Shown: one piece after another, positions 1-12,499 of the stretch
Layout: the number at the start of each line of letters is the position of its first letter
Position numbering within the stretch: the stretch's first letter is position 1
Assembly: GCA_030704615.1 (NCBI GenBank)
Contig: CM060731.1
Span: 21,080,001 to 21,144,000 of the forward strand
Source of the DNA: Takakia lepidozioides
Taxonomy: Eukaryota > Plantae > Bryophyta
DNA: 64,000 bases
Direction: 5' to 3'
The notes under the pieces: model-generated
Databases searched by the model: none
What the model saw: only the letters and a program-made list of their open reading frames with translations
Told to the model about the DNA's origin: nothing
Position numbers and translations under genes: made by a program

Positions 1-746
1 ATTCGATAGAGAAGTAGTCTTCGACAGTCAGCATGCTATTCCATCCAAAGAGGCAGCCATTGCCCAGCAGCCAACACACTAGATACGCTGTCTTCCGACC
101 CTGAATACAGGTGAAGGCGAGCTCAACACAACATCTGTTTTCAGGGCACAACTAACTTTCATTTCTTCTAAAGATTTCATGAAGGAAAAGCTACACGTGA
201 CCCAAAATAAATCCCTTGTGATAGGAGAAAGTGAACGGAGTTATTGCACATCAACATGACAAATGTCCAGATTGAGCACGTAGAAAAGGTAACGTTTCGA
301 CATTGAGACGTGGAAAACAGGAAATCGTTGGTGTCATACGAAAAGTGTAATTAATGTGTATTGTTACAGTTTCCTCATTGCCCAGGCGTTTGGGTAGCAG
401 GACAGGAAAGACGGAGGACAATGGGAACGGATGAGACTGAAAAGATTGAGCAAGCTTAAATTGGACAAGGAAACTCTTCAAATGAATAGATGTGATCACT
501 TTCGAAGTGTTTCCAGTCGTGGCAAATTTATAGAGAGATAACACTATGCACACTCTATGAAGTGTGAGAGCGAAAAAGGACTTCAACCTTCGACTATAGA
601 ATTCAAAGCCCAATGCTATACCAACTGAGCTACACATTCCGGCTCTTGAGAGAACTCCGAGCGCCTTGATTAACAAGGCATAGAGAGAAATCTACCTTGA
701 TGGGCTCCGTGCCCACGAACGCCACTGAATCCTTGGACTCCCCCAT
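1..746 (-). CDS. Equilibrative nucleoside transporter (ENT family), 5' part; runs off the window's left edge
   Basis: Exon 746-696 (MGESKDSVAFVGTEPIK) splices GT..AG to exon 100-1 (GRKTAYLVCWLLGNGCLFGWNSMLTVEDYFSIE), matching the plant ENT first-TM motif LG.G.L..WNSMLT..DY. Not in the ORF track; translated by hand. Confidence 0.85.
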
Positions 747-1537
747 GCCTCCTTATTGCCCACGGAAAGTTCAGTCTCACGCCATGGCACGTCAAAACCG
801 AATTGTGCTACCCAACTGCAACCTACATGTAGCTGGTGCACAAAGAGGCCAGTATAAGAGGGATGGCAGACGATCAGAAGAACCCAATTGGAAAGTGCTG
901 TCGCAGACAACACAAGCAAGGATCAAGCACGGATAGAATGCAGCTGGGCTTGAATTGAAGGTGGGCGCTGCCCACCCTCCAAGTGTAAGAAAGAAGGTCA
1001 ATTTTCTGCAGTATTCCCAAAATAAGTCCTCCCCCAAACCACCACTTGCTCGTCAAAACATGACTGTTTGACTGCATCTCCATCTCCTTGCGGACTCCAC
1101 CACCAAAACAGATTCCAAGCACACATGGAGGCAAAAAAATTCTAACATGCAGCAAAAGTTACACGGAGAATAACATACTGTCCAGGTTTGACTCTATTCT
1201 ATGGAGCAGACAAGCAGGATCCGTCCAATTGACCCGGGTCAAACCAATCCAGTTGCTCCACTGTTGTCCATGTCAACTGAAGAGCCAAGTGTTGTCTTCA
1301 TCAACCATGACACTGTTTACAGTGATGGCTGTCAGGAAGGGGGAGGCATCCATCTGGGCACACATTCATCACTACCCCTGCATTCTCCATGTTTGCATGC
1401 AAAGGATGTACATTGTGTTTTTGTGCCTGCAGATGATCTTACTATTGTGGTTGGTGGCAACGGAATTGTTTTGTGGGGTAGTATGATCCATTAGGCAAAG
1501 CATTTTCTCAATATATTTTTCACAACATGTACATCTT

Positions 1538-2651
1538 TACTGTTGCCAGTCTGCTGCAAGGCTGCTATTGCGTGCTATTCAAAACTTCTCACTGGAGGAT
1601 TGGTCCCTCTCTCAGCAACCCTTGCAACTCAGCTCGTCTTTGAAGCCTTCCGTGGTGTCTCAAAGGTCTACTTGCATCCACATGTTTTCCTTTTCAATTT
1701 TGTGTTTGATCATTAGGAGCAATGACCACATACACAGGGTATGGCTATCTGCTGGTCGGCCAAACTATTCTACTGTGAGCATCCTCTCTTGCTCCTGCGC
1801 ATAAAGAGCTTCCTCACTAAACATCAATTCTGAGACGTTTCTGTTAAAAGCTAAAAGAAAGATTGATTCCCAGGCATTGCGCTCCATGCCTAGAGGCATG
1901 CAGGCAATGCTTCCCACAATCTCCTCCGCGGGTATTTTGTGGACGGCGTCATTGAAGGCATACGCTCCATCTGCCAAAATCTCTCGAACCCTAGAGCTGA
2001 CGATGCCGACTTCTTCCCATTCGTCTTTGCTGAAGCCGCTGAAATAGTGGCTCCACGACTCCTTCTCTTCCCTCTTTCTACCAATTTTCCCTTGCACCTC
2101 CTCCCGGGCCAAAGTCAATGTCACTTTGTTCCCCAAATCCACCCCTCTTTTCAAAAACCTTCTCAATGCCTTGTGGTCATCAACCATACTAGACATCTGG
2201 TTCTTGATGCTAGATATCTGGTTCTCGAGTTCAAAAATCACTTTCGCATGCTCTTCCCCACAACCATGCTAGACATCTGGTTCTTGATGCTAGATATCTG
2301 GTTCTCGAGTTCAAAAATCACTTTCGCATGCTCTTCCCCACGCTTCATAAATCTTTCCACCTTCTTCTCGAGATCCACAGTTTGGGTTTGCAACGCACAT
2401 CTCACCTCGTTAACCATATCTCTACATGCAGCAGCGATCCCCGCCAATTCTGCCCTGACTTCGGCTAGGGTCTCAACCTTCATCACAACCATGGCCTTAA
2501 GGTCGGTGACCTGATTCATTAAACCCTTCCCATCTTGCTGTAAGCCAATCGTGATGAGACCTTTACCTGGAGCAAGATCAGAATATGCAACAGCGGACTC
2601 CGAAATCTGTTTGACATACAAATCTGATGGCTTCACCCTAGGGAGATTCAG
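1538..2651 (+). repeat. ~1.1-kb direct repeat, copy 1 (copy 2 at 34507-35500)
   Basis: Near-identical blocks, from tgttgccagtctgctgcaaggctgct to gggagattcagc, at both positions, with reciprocal indels. Confidence 0.95.
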
Positions 2652-3046
2652 CCCCCACCCACCAAGTGACACGGCCACGCACCTCTGAAGAAATGTTGGA
2701 CGTATCCCGCCGGCAAAGCGTTTGAAGAACGGTCTCGGTTGCGGATCGTCTTCTGAGGGGTGAGTCTCTAGCAAAAGTGTGTATGACCTGCCATCGTCAC
2801 TGAAAGTACCCCATGCCCAGCTTGCGGTCGTCTTTTTGCGTGCATCAGCGCGACACCAGCGCACGTGTGCGGCTCTTCATTAGTCTTACACAAATGGTAC
2901 TTCTCCATTTCAGCCCAGTGTCTTGCACACGCAACCTCCTGCCTCTGCATGGCATTGGCTTTCAGCTCTAGATGTACTGGGTGCATTTCAGCTAGGACTG
3001 CCAAGGCCTCGTCTGAATTCCGGTGGCACTGCGTCATGAGGTCCAA
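1765..3046 (-). pseudogene. Degenerate coiled-coil protein gene of unknown family, copy 1
   Basis: ORFs 2238-2864 and 1765-2241 are one reading frame broken by an 80-bp tandem duplication; helical, heptad-like composition; paralogue at 34795-35500. Confidence 0.5.
2181..2340 (+). repeat. 80-bp tandem duplication
   Basis: caaccat(a/g)ctagacatctgg...ctcttcccca at 2181-2260 and 2261-2340; frameshifts the coiled-coil ORF. Confidence 0.95.
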
Positions 3047-3069
3047 CTTGTACTCCGTCTGCCCTTACA

Positions 3070-3568
3070 CAGGCTGGCTCGTGATCCTGCTGATATACCA
3101 GCATGGTATCTTTTCTTGTTATTTCCTCAGTGGTGTTTGGTTTTGCCCCCTCGTGGCGGTCAGTCAGGGCACAGAGAGACGCGCATCCGTCTTCGCCGTT
3201 TTTTATCTGGAGATTGGGAGAGTCTGCAAGATGAGCATCAATTACGGGCACCAACCCTTGTGGCACGCGCCCCTCTCGCTTCCTCCACGCAGCCACCCTC
3301 ATCGGCCCACTGGCGTCTTCGTCATAGTCTCATGTTAGGCCGCGTTGGCGAGTACTCACGCGCGGCCAAGGCTTTAGCACCTTCCACACCAGCGCCTCCA
3401 TCAGTGGATATTGTCACTGCCCTCGAAGCCCTTCACCCATCAGCTCAGGATATTCTGCCGCTTTTTGTCGAGGACTTCGAGCCAGACCAGGATCTCAAGC
3501 TAGATCGGGAGGTCTTCACTCAGGCCTTCTCGCGCAGTCCCCATCTTGGAGCGGCAGGTCCATCCGGT
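3070..3568 (+). mobile_element. CRE-like (restriction-like endonuclease type) non-LTR retrotransposon, pre-RT fragment
   Basis: AWYLFLLFPQWCLVLPPRGG...GEYSRAAKAL...ALEALHP...GAAGPSG matches the region preceding RT domain 0 (aaGPsG) of CRE/R2-group elements; cut at 3568 by an LTR. Confidence 0.7.
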
Positions 3569-3974
3569 TGTCATGGTTTTAGTTATGGTTAACTAGAATT
3601 ACCTACTTCTAGTTAACTAAGACATTTTGGATATTTATATTTGTATTTTGTGTGTTGGGACTTCATTTGGTCTCACATGCCAAGTGAGGTGTCAAACCTC
3701 ACTTGGGACATGGGGATGGGTTTTCCCCTTGTGAGTGTTGAGGAGGGCTCATCTTCTTGTAGTTGAGCCTCCATGAGCCTCCATGAGCCTCTCCCACCTC
3801 CATAGCTCTAGGTATTGAGAAGGAGTGTGGTGAGGGCTTTGTAGGGTGGATTCCTTTAGCAAAGGTGCCCTTGGCTTGACTTAGTTTATGTGATTGAGTG
3901 GATTCATGAGTGGAGTGTTTCCATTGTGTGTTCATTTCCATTATCACTACAAGAAGATCACCTTATGCTTGTGA
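3569..3974 (+). mobile_element. LTR (5' part) of a degenerate LTR retrotransposon, interrupted by the CACTA insertion
   Basis: Starts TGTCA abruptly inside the CRE frame; resembles the LTR-like sequence at 25562-26010; its continuation lies inverted, left of 21837. Confidence 0.65.
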
Positions 3975-3995
3975 CACTACTACGTTTAGGGGGGT

Positions 3996-4380
3996 TAGCG
4001 ACGTCGGGATCCCAAGCGCGTCAGACGCGACGACCCTCCTGCAACTGCTGCGCCGCGTAGGTGCTCGGCCCGGAAATAGCGACGTCGGCACGTCGCCGCA
4101 GCGCCGCTCCGGTGACGCTTCGCCAGCTTGCGATTCAGGTACGTCGCTGCAGTTGAGGCATGACCCGCCAGCAAGCTGGGGGTTGCGACGTCCGGCGTCG
4201 CACGTGCCCTCTACGACGCTCGGAAATCGCAACAACACCCCCTCACACTTAGGCGCGTGGGGAGGGCCGAGCCAGTTCGCGCTGGGGATTGCGACATCCC
4301 AACGTCGCAGCAATGCCACAATGGCGACGTTGCGATTCCCCGCAGTCGCAGGCCTGCTGGGGCGTCGCAAGTACCCTCTT
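3996..4380. repeat. CACTA subterminal repeats (GCGACG/CGTCGC motifs)
   Basis: Many direct and inverted gcgacg(t) copies; also at 4800-4875 and 21876-22510. Confidence 0.8.
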
Positions 4381-5549
4381 GCCTGGGGGTCTAGGATTGG
4401 GGATTGCTGCTACATAATTTTTATTTTTATTTTTGTGTTTTGTTCTATGAATTCGACCCTTGCACCACTACATCCGTGCAAACTATTGGACCATATACTT
4501 AATGTTTGCAATGCGTGTGCAAATTTTGGGAGTGAACAAAAATCATTTGGACTGAAAACCATATTTGCTTCCCTCATTTGCACTCCGAAGTTGAGTTCTT
4601 TTCAACTTCATGCACTCTCCATAGAGAGTTCCGCAATTGTGAGTGAAGGAAACTCTTTGTTTTTTTTTAATTTTTGTTTGGTCCAATTTTTTCCATGGAT
4701 GTAGTGGTCTGGGGTCTGCATTCACAGAACAAAATAGAGCTAAAACAAAAATCATTGCGTAGGAAAAATCCTCAATCATAGATGTTGTAAATGGAGGGAG
4801 TTGCGACCTCCAGGGGTCGCCTTACGACGGTATTGCGATGCCCCAATAGGTCTGCGACGGCGGGGAATCGCAATATTGCCAAAACAAAGTTTGATGCATC
4901 AAAATGCAATTGAAAATATCCATATGGTGGATTCTCTTTGCCCCATCAATGATTTCTAGTGTCTTTGCAAAGGTCATGACAGAGGCCAACCTGAATGGAT
5001 CCATTGTTGCAAATCTTTTTAGTCCTCCTTCTGTGCTACAATATAATAGGTCTATCTTGCATGTGGGAGACCGTGATCAACCCGGGCGGCCTTATTGTTA
5101 AAGACAAAGGCAAGAAGAGGGGGTGGGGACACTAGGAAAGGAAAAGGGAGGGCCATGGGATTAGAGGGTTGAGGGTAGATTGTTTTGGCAATGGCTTTGG
5201 CAACATTGTTGTCTGTCACACCAATTTCGAAGATTCTTTCTGTTGCATCGAGATCATGGTAACCAAATCGATTGAAGGGTTTCCAGGGGTAAGTCTTGGT
5301 CAGCACTTGTAGAACAAGAACCATGTCTTCCAACATTCTTGCCCTCGCACAAAAACTTAACAATCCTAGAGTCACTTTTCGAGTCACAACTTCACTAAAA
5401 TCATTCCTAGATCGCCACACCTACAAAGGATTTTTTTCATGGATTTTTCATTAATCAATCATAGAAATAAGCTACGTGCATGTATATGTACAATCAATCG
5501 AAGGGATGGGTACAGTTATGTGCGAGAATTATTATGTAGCTTTGATTAC

Positions 5550-8500
5550 GTATCTAATCGACTTGAACATCATCATCCGGAGCTTCTTCGTCCTCATCAA
5601 GCTGCAAGTCTTCTTGCTCATCAGAGTCATTGTCATAAATGGCTTGGTCACCAAAAAGCACATCTGAATCATCTTCCACCTCGGTTTCAATGACCATGTC
5701 TTCATCTTCTTCTCCAACATCCGCATCTGATGGAGCCTCATCGTATAGGGTCCGGGATGCATTGTCCGGGGCGTCATCATTCTCTTGTACCCCCTCTATC
5801 TAACCTCGGCCAACACCAGCGTCATCATGACCAGTCTCTTCCTCCTCTGCATTTGCCTCGCCCCATGTAGATCCCCGACCATGATAGATACGTCTTCCTC
5901 TTGGCTGAGCATGCACAACCACCTTCCAATTTCATGATTCGGAGAAGAAAACTTGCTCCATATCTGAAAGCCATGAAAAAAGCTCATCGGAGGGACGATG
6001 AGTAGACTCGAGCCTATCTGTATTGACGCACATGAAACCACACTCGTCTTCTACCATTGTTGCGGATGGCCCCACAAGATGTGGCTGGAACCACCTTGCC
6101 TTGAAGATAAGAGGCTGGTGCCTTGTATACTGAAGTTGGAGTATGCTCTCAAGCTCTCCAAAGTAGTTGAGTGTGCTCATGGTAGGTCGTGTATCTCCCC
6201 TGCCCCACACGGAGTCTTGCCAATATGAGGCACACAAGCCAGAATCAAACGTTGTTTTGCGCTTCATGTCAAGAGCACGAATGCGGAAATGACGACCATG
6301 AACCCAAACCGCCGTGTATGAGGTCGCAAATTGAGAGGGGCCCCTTGCAATGTCTTGCACCAAATCTGAAACCACCTCACCTTTCGCAATGTTATCCTCT
6401 ACTTCAGTCCGAAGCCAATGGCAGAATGAACTTAGAGGCTGCAATTCCATGGGCAATTCTTGTGAAGGCACATTCCTACGCCGGCCCCTTGCTCGCGGAG
6501 CGCGTGTAGTCGCCCTTGCATGGTTCCGCCTCCACGCAACCATCTCCTCTGGTTGTTGCTGAACAAGGTTATTATATCTTGTCTCCCACTCATGTATGGA
6601 TGGGGTGTTCTTCAGTATGAACTCATGCGCTTGGTTAATCACCATGATGGGTAATTTTACCCTCTTTGAATTTTTGGGCAAAACGATGTCTTTGGTTCGT
6701 ATATCCTCATCTTCCTTCCACATCGGAGGGGCTTCCTTATCCACCCTTGCCAAGTACTCCATGCAGTAGAACATAGCCTCTTGCAATGTATACCCCTCCG
6801 CCATGCTACCCTCCAGGTGTGCCATTTGTGTTACATGTGCTTTCTTCATGTATCGCTCAAGGTAGTACATCCACCGAGAAGGAACGGGGCCGGCAATCGA
6901 AGCCTCTTCCACTAAGTGCACTACCAAGTGCACTTGGATGTCAAAGAAGGAGGGAGGAAGGTGCATCTCCAACATACACATGACCACCACCGCCGCCTCC
7001 TTCTTCATGCGTGGAAAGTCCGCTTCCTCCAGCTCTTTGGAGCAAATCCACCGGAACAATGCTCCCAATCTATAGACTGTCTCGCGAACCTCGGGAGTCA
7101 ATGTCTCACGTACTGCAATGGGCAAGATATCTTGCAATAGATTGTAGTAATCATGAGACTTCAAACCATGGACCCCGTCTTCATTGAACTTCATACGAAG
7201 GGATGACCCATAACCAGTTGGTGTTCGGACAGCTCCTATGGTGGCTGTCACTTTCTTGTATTCCTCCTTTGTCCATTGCCAAGGTGCGCGCCTATACTTC
7301 CACCGTACAACACCCTTTGGGTCCACACCATTTTCTTCGGCCCATAGATGGGGCATGCGACCCTGCTCCTCAAGTTCCTTTCTAACACCGAGAGAATCTC
7401 CTTTTGCAGCCACTCCCTTCTTTGTCGGCGTGCCATGAAGAACACGAAAAAGGAACGAGCAAACATTCTTCTCAATATGCATGGGATCTAGAAGATGACG
7501 AATCTTTAGGTCCTACATATATCCCCACCCACAAATTCTTACACGTCTATTTTGTCATGAAAGTGACAATGGAAATCATACAAAACATGCAATATCACAT
7601 GCATGCATAGCAATATTGATGGTGTTTTTGTGGAATATGTACCGCCCAATATTCGTAGAAGATTGAAAGCCGCTTCATGCCGGGCACCTCCACTTCACCG
7701 GACCCCTCCGGATGGGCCTCCTTCCATCGGTCTTCCCAAAAGTGCCCGGATGGTGTCACAGGTGGGGGTCGTAACTCCACTTTGCCATCAAACAAGTGTT
7801 TGTCTCTTCTTCTCCAATGATGGCTCATAGGAAGAAACTTGCGGTAGTTGGGATATACCATCTTGCGAAGATTGTTGGAGCTTTGTGCATCAAGTTCATC
7901 GCCACAATACAGGCATGCGTGGTACCCTTTAGTGCTCAACCCCGAGCAAACAGTAAGTCCTGTAGACATTCCGCCACATTAGGAAAGACAAAAAGTTTAC
8001 ATGTGCATCTACCCCACTACGGTGCAGAAGACTGTCGCCGCTACTTCAATCAATCCCAATCCTCATCAATATCCCTTGACAGGTAAATGTACGCGGGTTT
8101 CTCATAGGGAACATAATATACCTGGATAATCATGCATTGTCCAAAGCAAGATGCCTCTCATCTGAAAAGATTGTCCGGCCATAGGGTCAAGTGAAGCGTC
8201 CAATGCCGGAACCCCCCTCCATAACTCCTTCAGTTCATCAACTAGAGGTCGCAAGTACGTGTCCATGTCTTTCACTTGTTTTTTCTCTATGAGACATTCA
8301 CATCATTAATTATTTCAATGCTCCACCATGCTAATTATACTTCATAATGAATGACACATTTTACTACATGATTACGTCACTCATCAATCTTCCATCGGAA
8401 TTGCGCCAAAGAGAAGAAGATTAATGTAAAATCCAAAGTAATAATAAGCATGAAATGGAAACACTCACCCGGTACAATGGCAGCCAACATGATATGGCCT

Positions 8501-9530
8501 TTTTTTATTGAAAGATACGGAGGGATGTTGTAATTCACCATGGTCACCGGCCAAGTGGAATGACTACATGACTGGACAGAGAATGGGTTGACCCCATCCG
8601 AGGAGAAGCCGAGGCGGACATGTCGTGGGTCCTCCAAGAGAAAAGGCCACATCTCTTCAATATGCGTCCATGCTTGTGAATCTTGTGGCCCGCACACCTT
8701 TCCCGGGGGGCTCCGATGCGAGGCGTGCCATCCCATCACTTCTACCGATGAGGGGCTTCGGTACTGTGCCTGCAGTTGCGGGATGATTGGAAAGTAGTGC
8801 ATTTTCTGGCACCATCCCCATGTCGGCCCCATATCATAATCAGTGTCATTCATATCTCTAAGTAAAACCTTGCGTCTTGTAGCGGTTGCAAAAAGGTAGA
8901 ATGCAATATACAAGTGTATTGTGGCGCGGGTATACCTTGCGCGGGGCTTTCTTCCGTTGAACATCATCCCGATATCGGTGTTTGTTGCACTTTGGACACT
9001 TGGTGAGTTTCACATCCTCTCCGTAGTACAGGGTTTTATCACATGGACATGCATGAAAAATCTTATAGCCCATCCCCACAACATCCAAGGCTGCTCTTGC
9101 CTCTTTTCTTGATCGTAGCATTCTCGGCTTCAAATGTGGGGCAAAGATGTAGTCCGCAATAGTCCGCATTATGGCAGACATACCCACATTGCTTATGCCA
9201 AACCGGATTCGCAAATTCAGCAACAACAAGATGGTTGAAAGTCTACTCACTTTGGCCCCTTCGTATAAGGGAGTTTTGGTTTCTTTTTCCATGTCATTCA
9301 AAGAGTCTGTGACCTCATCTACCATCTGATGCATTAAGAGGTCCTCCATTGCTGCCACATCCTCATGCATAATTCCATTGTCATTGTTGTCCTCATCATC
9401 GGAGACCGCCATTTCAGACGGGGTTGGGTCCCTTTGATACGCACCCCCCTCCGAAGGAACAAAATCCCGGTTCATGACAAGATCATGAACTTCATGAATT
9501 AACGTCGTGGGGTTGTAGGCCGGAATCCTA
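5550..9530 (-). pseudogene. CACTA TnpD/Tnp2 transposase (multi-exon, disrupted)
   Basis: HACPCDKTLY..CPKC..RY; Transposase_21-like YFPIIPQL, RLGFSSDGVNPF, STWPV, LRPLVDELKELW, WTMHDYPG, GYHACLYC; DPMHIEKNV; DUF4218-like GLKSHDY, PPSFFDIQVHLVVHL, GPV..RWMY..ER; DUF4216-like YFGELESI..FKARWF; acidic tail; stops and frameshifts present. Confidence 0.95.
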
Positions 9531-9844
9531 AGATGCCAAAAACAACCAGGTCATTATCAGTTTCCATACATGGCGTTGTTCATTATCATACAAGATAAAA
9601 CCCAAAGTACATTATTATACACACGAGGGGATTACATACATTGCTTCACCACATGAAGGAGACACTATATAATTCAAAATACCCAAATTCACATATAACG
9701 TCCACCCAAACTCCCTTGAATATAGCATGAAAAATTGCATCCAAATACACATCAATGCCTATGTATATATATATACACGGTGGAGGAAGCCACCTCAATG
9801 TATAAAATGTTTTCCTACGTCCATCTACACATGATGAAAGTCGG

Positions 9845-11460
9845 CTAACGCCTAAAGTCATACTCTGCAAACAACTCCTCCCCAGCCCTAATAGTTCTCT
9901 TTGCACATGTCATCACAAAAGTGGTGATGTTAGGGTCCAATCTACTATCCCCGTCATGGCGCTCATCCCAAAACACGTTGGCGGTGTGGCCCGGTGGTAA
10001 GGTAACTGAATTGTTGATGAGCCCAGCCACGTTGCCGTACACATCGGGGTTTCCGTCACAATAAATATGGGCTTTGCGGCCCAAATTTCTCGCCCTTACA
10101 TCATTGTCGTTCACAACAAGGATGTAAGGATGGATCAAGGACCCAAGGCCGTGTGTCTACAATAATTGCCACTCCCGGTGGGTGTACCTCGGCCCAAAAT
10201 AGGGGAACAAATCCACAGAATCCTCTCCTCCCCCCAAAACTACATCCTCCATCAAAAAAAGTCCACGACCCATACTAGGGTCCATTGCCTCCATCACGCA
10301 ATACATGCGACCCCAAAAAAGAAAGGGCTCACCCTCAGGAATCGGAACTGGACAAGGCACAAGACATTGGTAGAAATGGGGTTGGACTCCCGTCGTGAAT
10401 AGCTCCCTAGCACCACGATGACGTATGGTGCCTTCATCAGGTCGGCGAAGGCGCGGACCAACCGTGAGAAACAACTTCGGTCCACCTCTCCTAGGGGGCG
10501 GCGCCCGTCTATCACTTCGGGGGCCCTTCTCCTTGAGTAGGAACCTAGTGATCCATCGGTCCCAGTCATACACAGTCCCCAAAGGTGGTGGGATCCATCC
10601 GGGTTCTGCCGGAGGACCCGGATACGGACTCGGTGGCAGCTGTGGTCTCGGCAATGGAGGGGAAGAGAAACGTAGGTTGGTATGAGGGATCTCGCGTGGA
10701 GGTAGTACTGGCCGAGATGGCCGGGATGACGATGGTGATGAGGAAAGAACATGTACAATAAGAGGAACGGACGATGCGGATGATGGTGATGATGGGGGTG
10801 CCGATGTTGAGGATGTCAAACTCGGACTCGGTGGCGGCTGTGGTCTCGGCAATGGAGGGGAAGGGACACGTAGCCGGTCGGTATGAGGGACCTCGGATGG
10901 CAATGGTGATGAGGAAATACCATCTACAATAGGAAGAACGGACGATGCGGATGATGGTGATGATGGGGGTGCCGATGTCGAGGATGACTAATGTGTGTGC
11001 GTAGGTGACAAGCGCCTAGCCCGGTGCCCAAAAATAGAAAAACACGCATCGTACCCCGCTACCTCACAAATTGCATCTACGTCATGTTGCGAGAAAAAAA
11101 TGTTCACATCCGGAACGGGGTGGGGCTCGTAAGAAGGAAGAAACCTGCATCGGTATGCCTCTTCAGCAAAAAAAATAGCGAGCTTGGACATCAAGATGGG
11201 GCTGCAAGATGCATGATATGAAATGCATCAATACTCAATTCACAAACGCGAGGTTTCATTAGATATAGTACTTTTAATTGAGGAGTACGTGAGAAGATAT
11301 ATGGACGACTTACCTTTGCTGCATCAGCAATCTCGTACTTGGCGTAATGTTTTTCCACAACATGGGGTCGCCGCATCATCGGGTGGGTCCTCCCAACCGG
11401 TAGTCGTGCCCAACACCAACTGCACCAACACTCAATCTTGGGGAGGCGGTCCCAGCGCGT
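9845..11460 (-). pseudogene. SET-domain (lysine methyltransferase-like) protein with N-terminal Cys/His domain and Pro/Ser-rich linker, inside the CACTA element
   Basis: ORFs 10988-11194, 10157-10903 and 9845-10138 are in frame, separated by TAG stops at 10990-10988 and 10159-10157. SET motifs GRGLF, YFG, GNVAGLINNS and TIRAGEELFAEY occur in canonical order. An upstream exon ECWCSWC..HVVEKH ends AAG|GTAAGT at 11314. Confidence 0.78.
10625..10990. repeat. Imperfect ~180-bp tandem duplication encoding the Pro/Ser linker
   Basis: The ggacgatgcggatgatggtgatgatgggggtgccgatg and tgtggtctcggcaatggaggggaag blocks each occur twice. Confidence 0.85.
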
Positions 11461-11973
11461 GCATGTAAGCAGCGTGCAGAGTTGTTCAAGAAAGTCATGC
11501 CCATGGCTTTTGAGAACCTTGCCATTGCACAACATCGTGATACGTTGAGGTATGCTACCATACGTGGTGGGGGTTATCGTCCTGGGGTTCGGAGATTCAA
11601 CCCTGGTGACTATGTCTATTTGCAGCAAACTGCTCCTACGACCTTGGATGTGACTGCAGGACGTGTTATTTTGAGGGTTCGAGAGGTGTTGCTTTCAAGA
11701 GTCCTGATCTTGGAGGGTCGGGATGGCATGATTTGGAAGGACCATGTGCGTAATTGCGCGCCATGTCACCTTCCAAATGTTGATGGAAGGGTTGACCCAA
11801 ACCTGGCAGTGGTACCTACAAGTTTGAGGTGCATGTTGTGTGGGTCTGCTAGAGGGGCAGCCACCATGCTGGTGTGTGATTGATGCTCTAGAGGTTGGCA
11901 TATGGGATGTTTGACTCCACCTCTTGAGATGGTTCCTGATTGGGATTGGTTATGTCCGCATTGCATTGGATAG
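11461..11973 (+). mobile_element. Ty3/gypsy pol 3' fragment: integrase C-terminus (GPY/F-like region) plus PHD finger
   Basis: FENLAIAQHRD..F.PGDYVYL..CAPCHLP matches 32930-33250; followed by CMLC..MLVCD*CSRGWHMGCLTPPL..VPDWDWLCPHC (C4HC3 PHD, 11830-11964) with one TGA at 11881. Confidence 0.9.
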
Positions 11974-12499
11974 TGGGAGTGGATACAACCATGGAAGACT
12001 AACAAGAAATGCAAGGCCAAGCCACTAGGAGACCTTGTCCTAAGTCCTTCAAACTGAAGGCAAAGCAGTTCTTGTAAGCCCTCAAGAACCGCCGTATACG
12101 TCGTCTCTCTCCTCCGGCGACTATAGGTCCAACATCAGGCTCCCAGTTGTCCTCCGTGACTGCAACCTTGAGTCCAGCAGGCTTAGAGGTAGGAGACGCG
12201 TCCCGTGGTTGCTATGCTGCAACCTCTTGAGCAGTGACCACTGCCTTCTCTGTCAGTGACAATGTCTCATCCTGCCCCATCATCCCATCCTTGAGGACCT
12301 CCTCAACCCGAGAAAAATCCCCAACCTGATCCATCACCGCCACCTTGGCTGCCAACTCCTTCTGAACCTCGAGCACCTCCCACGTGTGCCATGGATGCGG
12401 CCTGTACCTCGTGGTCCTCAACTGCTCGCCCCCAGTTGCTGCCTGTACCGTCTCGGTAGGCGGGGAGACCATGAAGGGAAGTGTACTCCGTACTCTGCG

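Larger units (their letters stand above)
3975..11460 (-). mobile_element. CACTA (En/Spm) DNA transposon, left half, carrying TnpD and a SET-domain gene
   Basis: Terminus CACTACTACG at 3975 preceded by TGA; CpG-rich subterminal repeats; Tnp2 domains at 5550-9530. Confidence 0.92.

Noticed and set aside
251-1500. Short ORFs listed in the track
   Set aside because: They fall in the ENT intron, 5' UTR or upstream region and show no motifs.
3945-3955. CACTACAAGAA as the CACTA terminus
   Set aside because: It lies within the host LTR; the terminus at 3975 matches the second end, the TSD and the subterminal repeats.
3910-4704. 264-aa ORF and other ORFs over the CACTA ends
   Set aside because: By-products of GC-rich subterminal repeats with no protein motifs.
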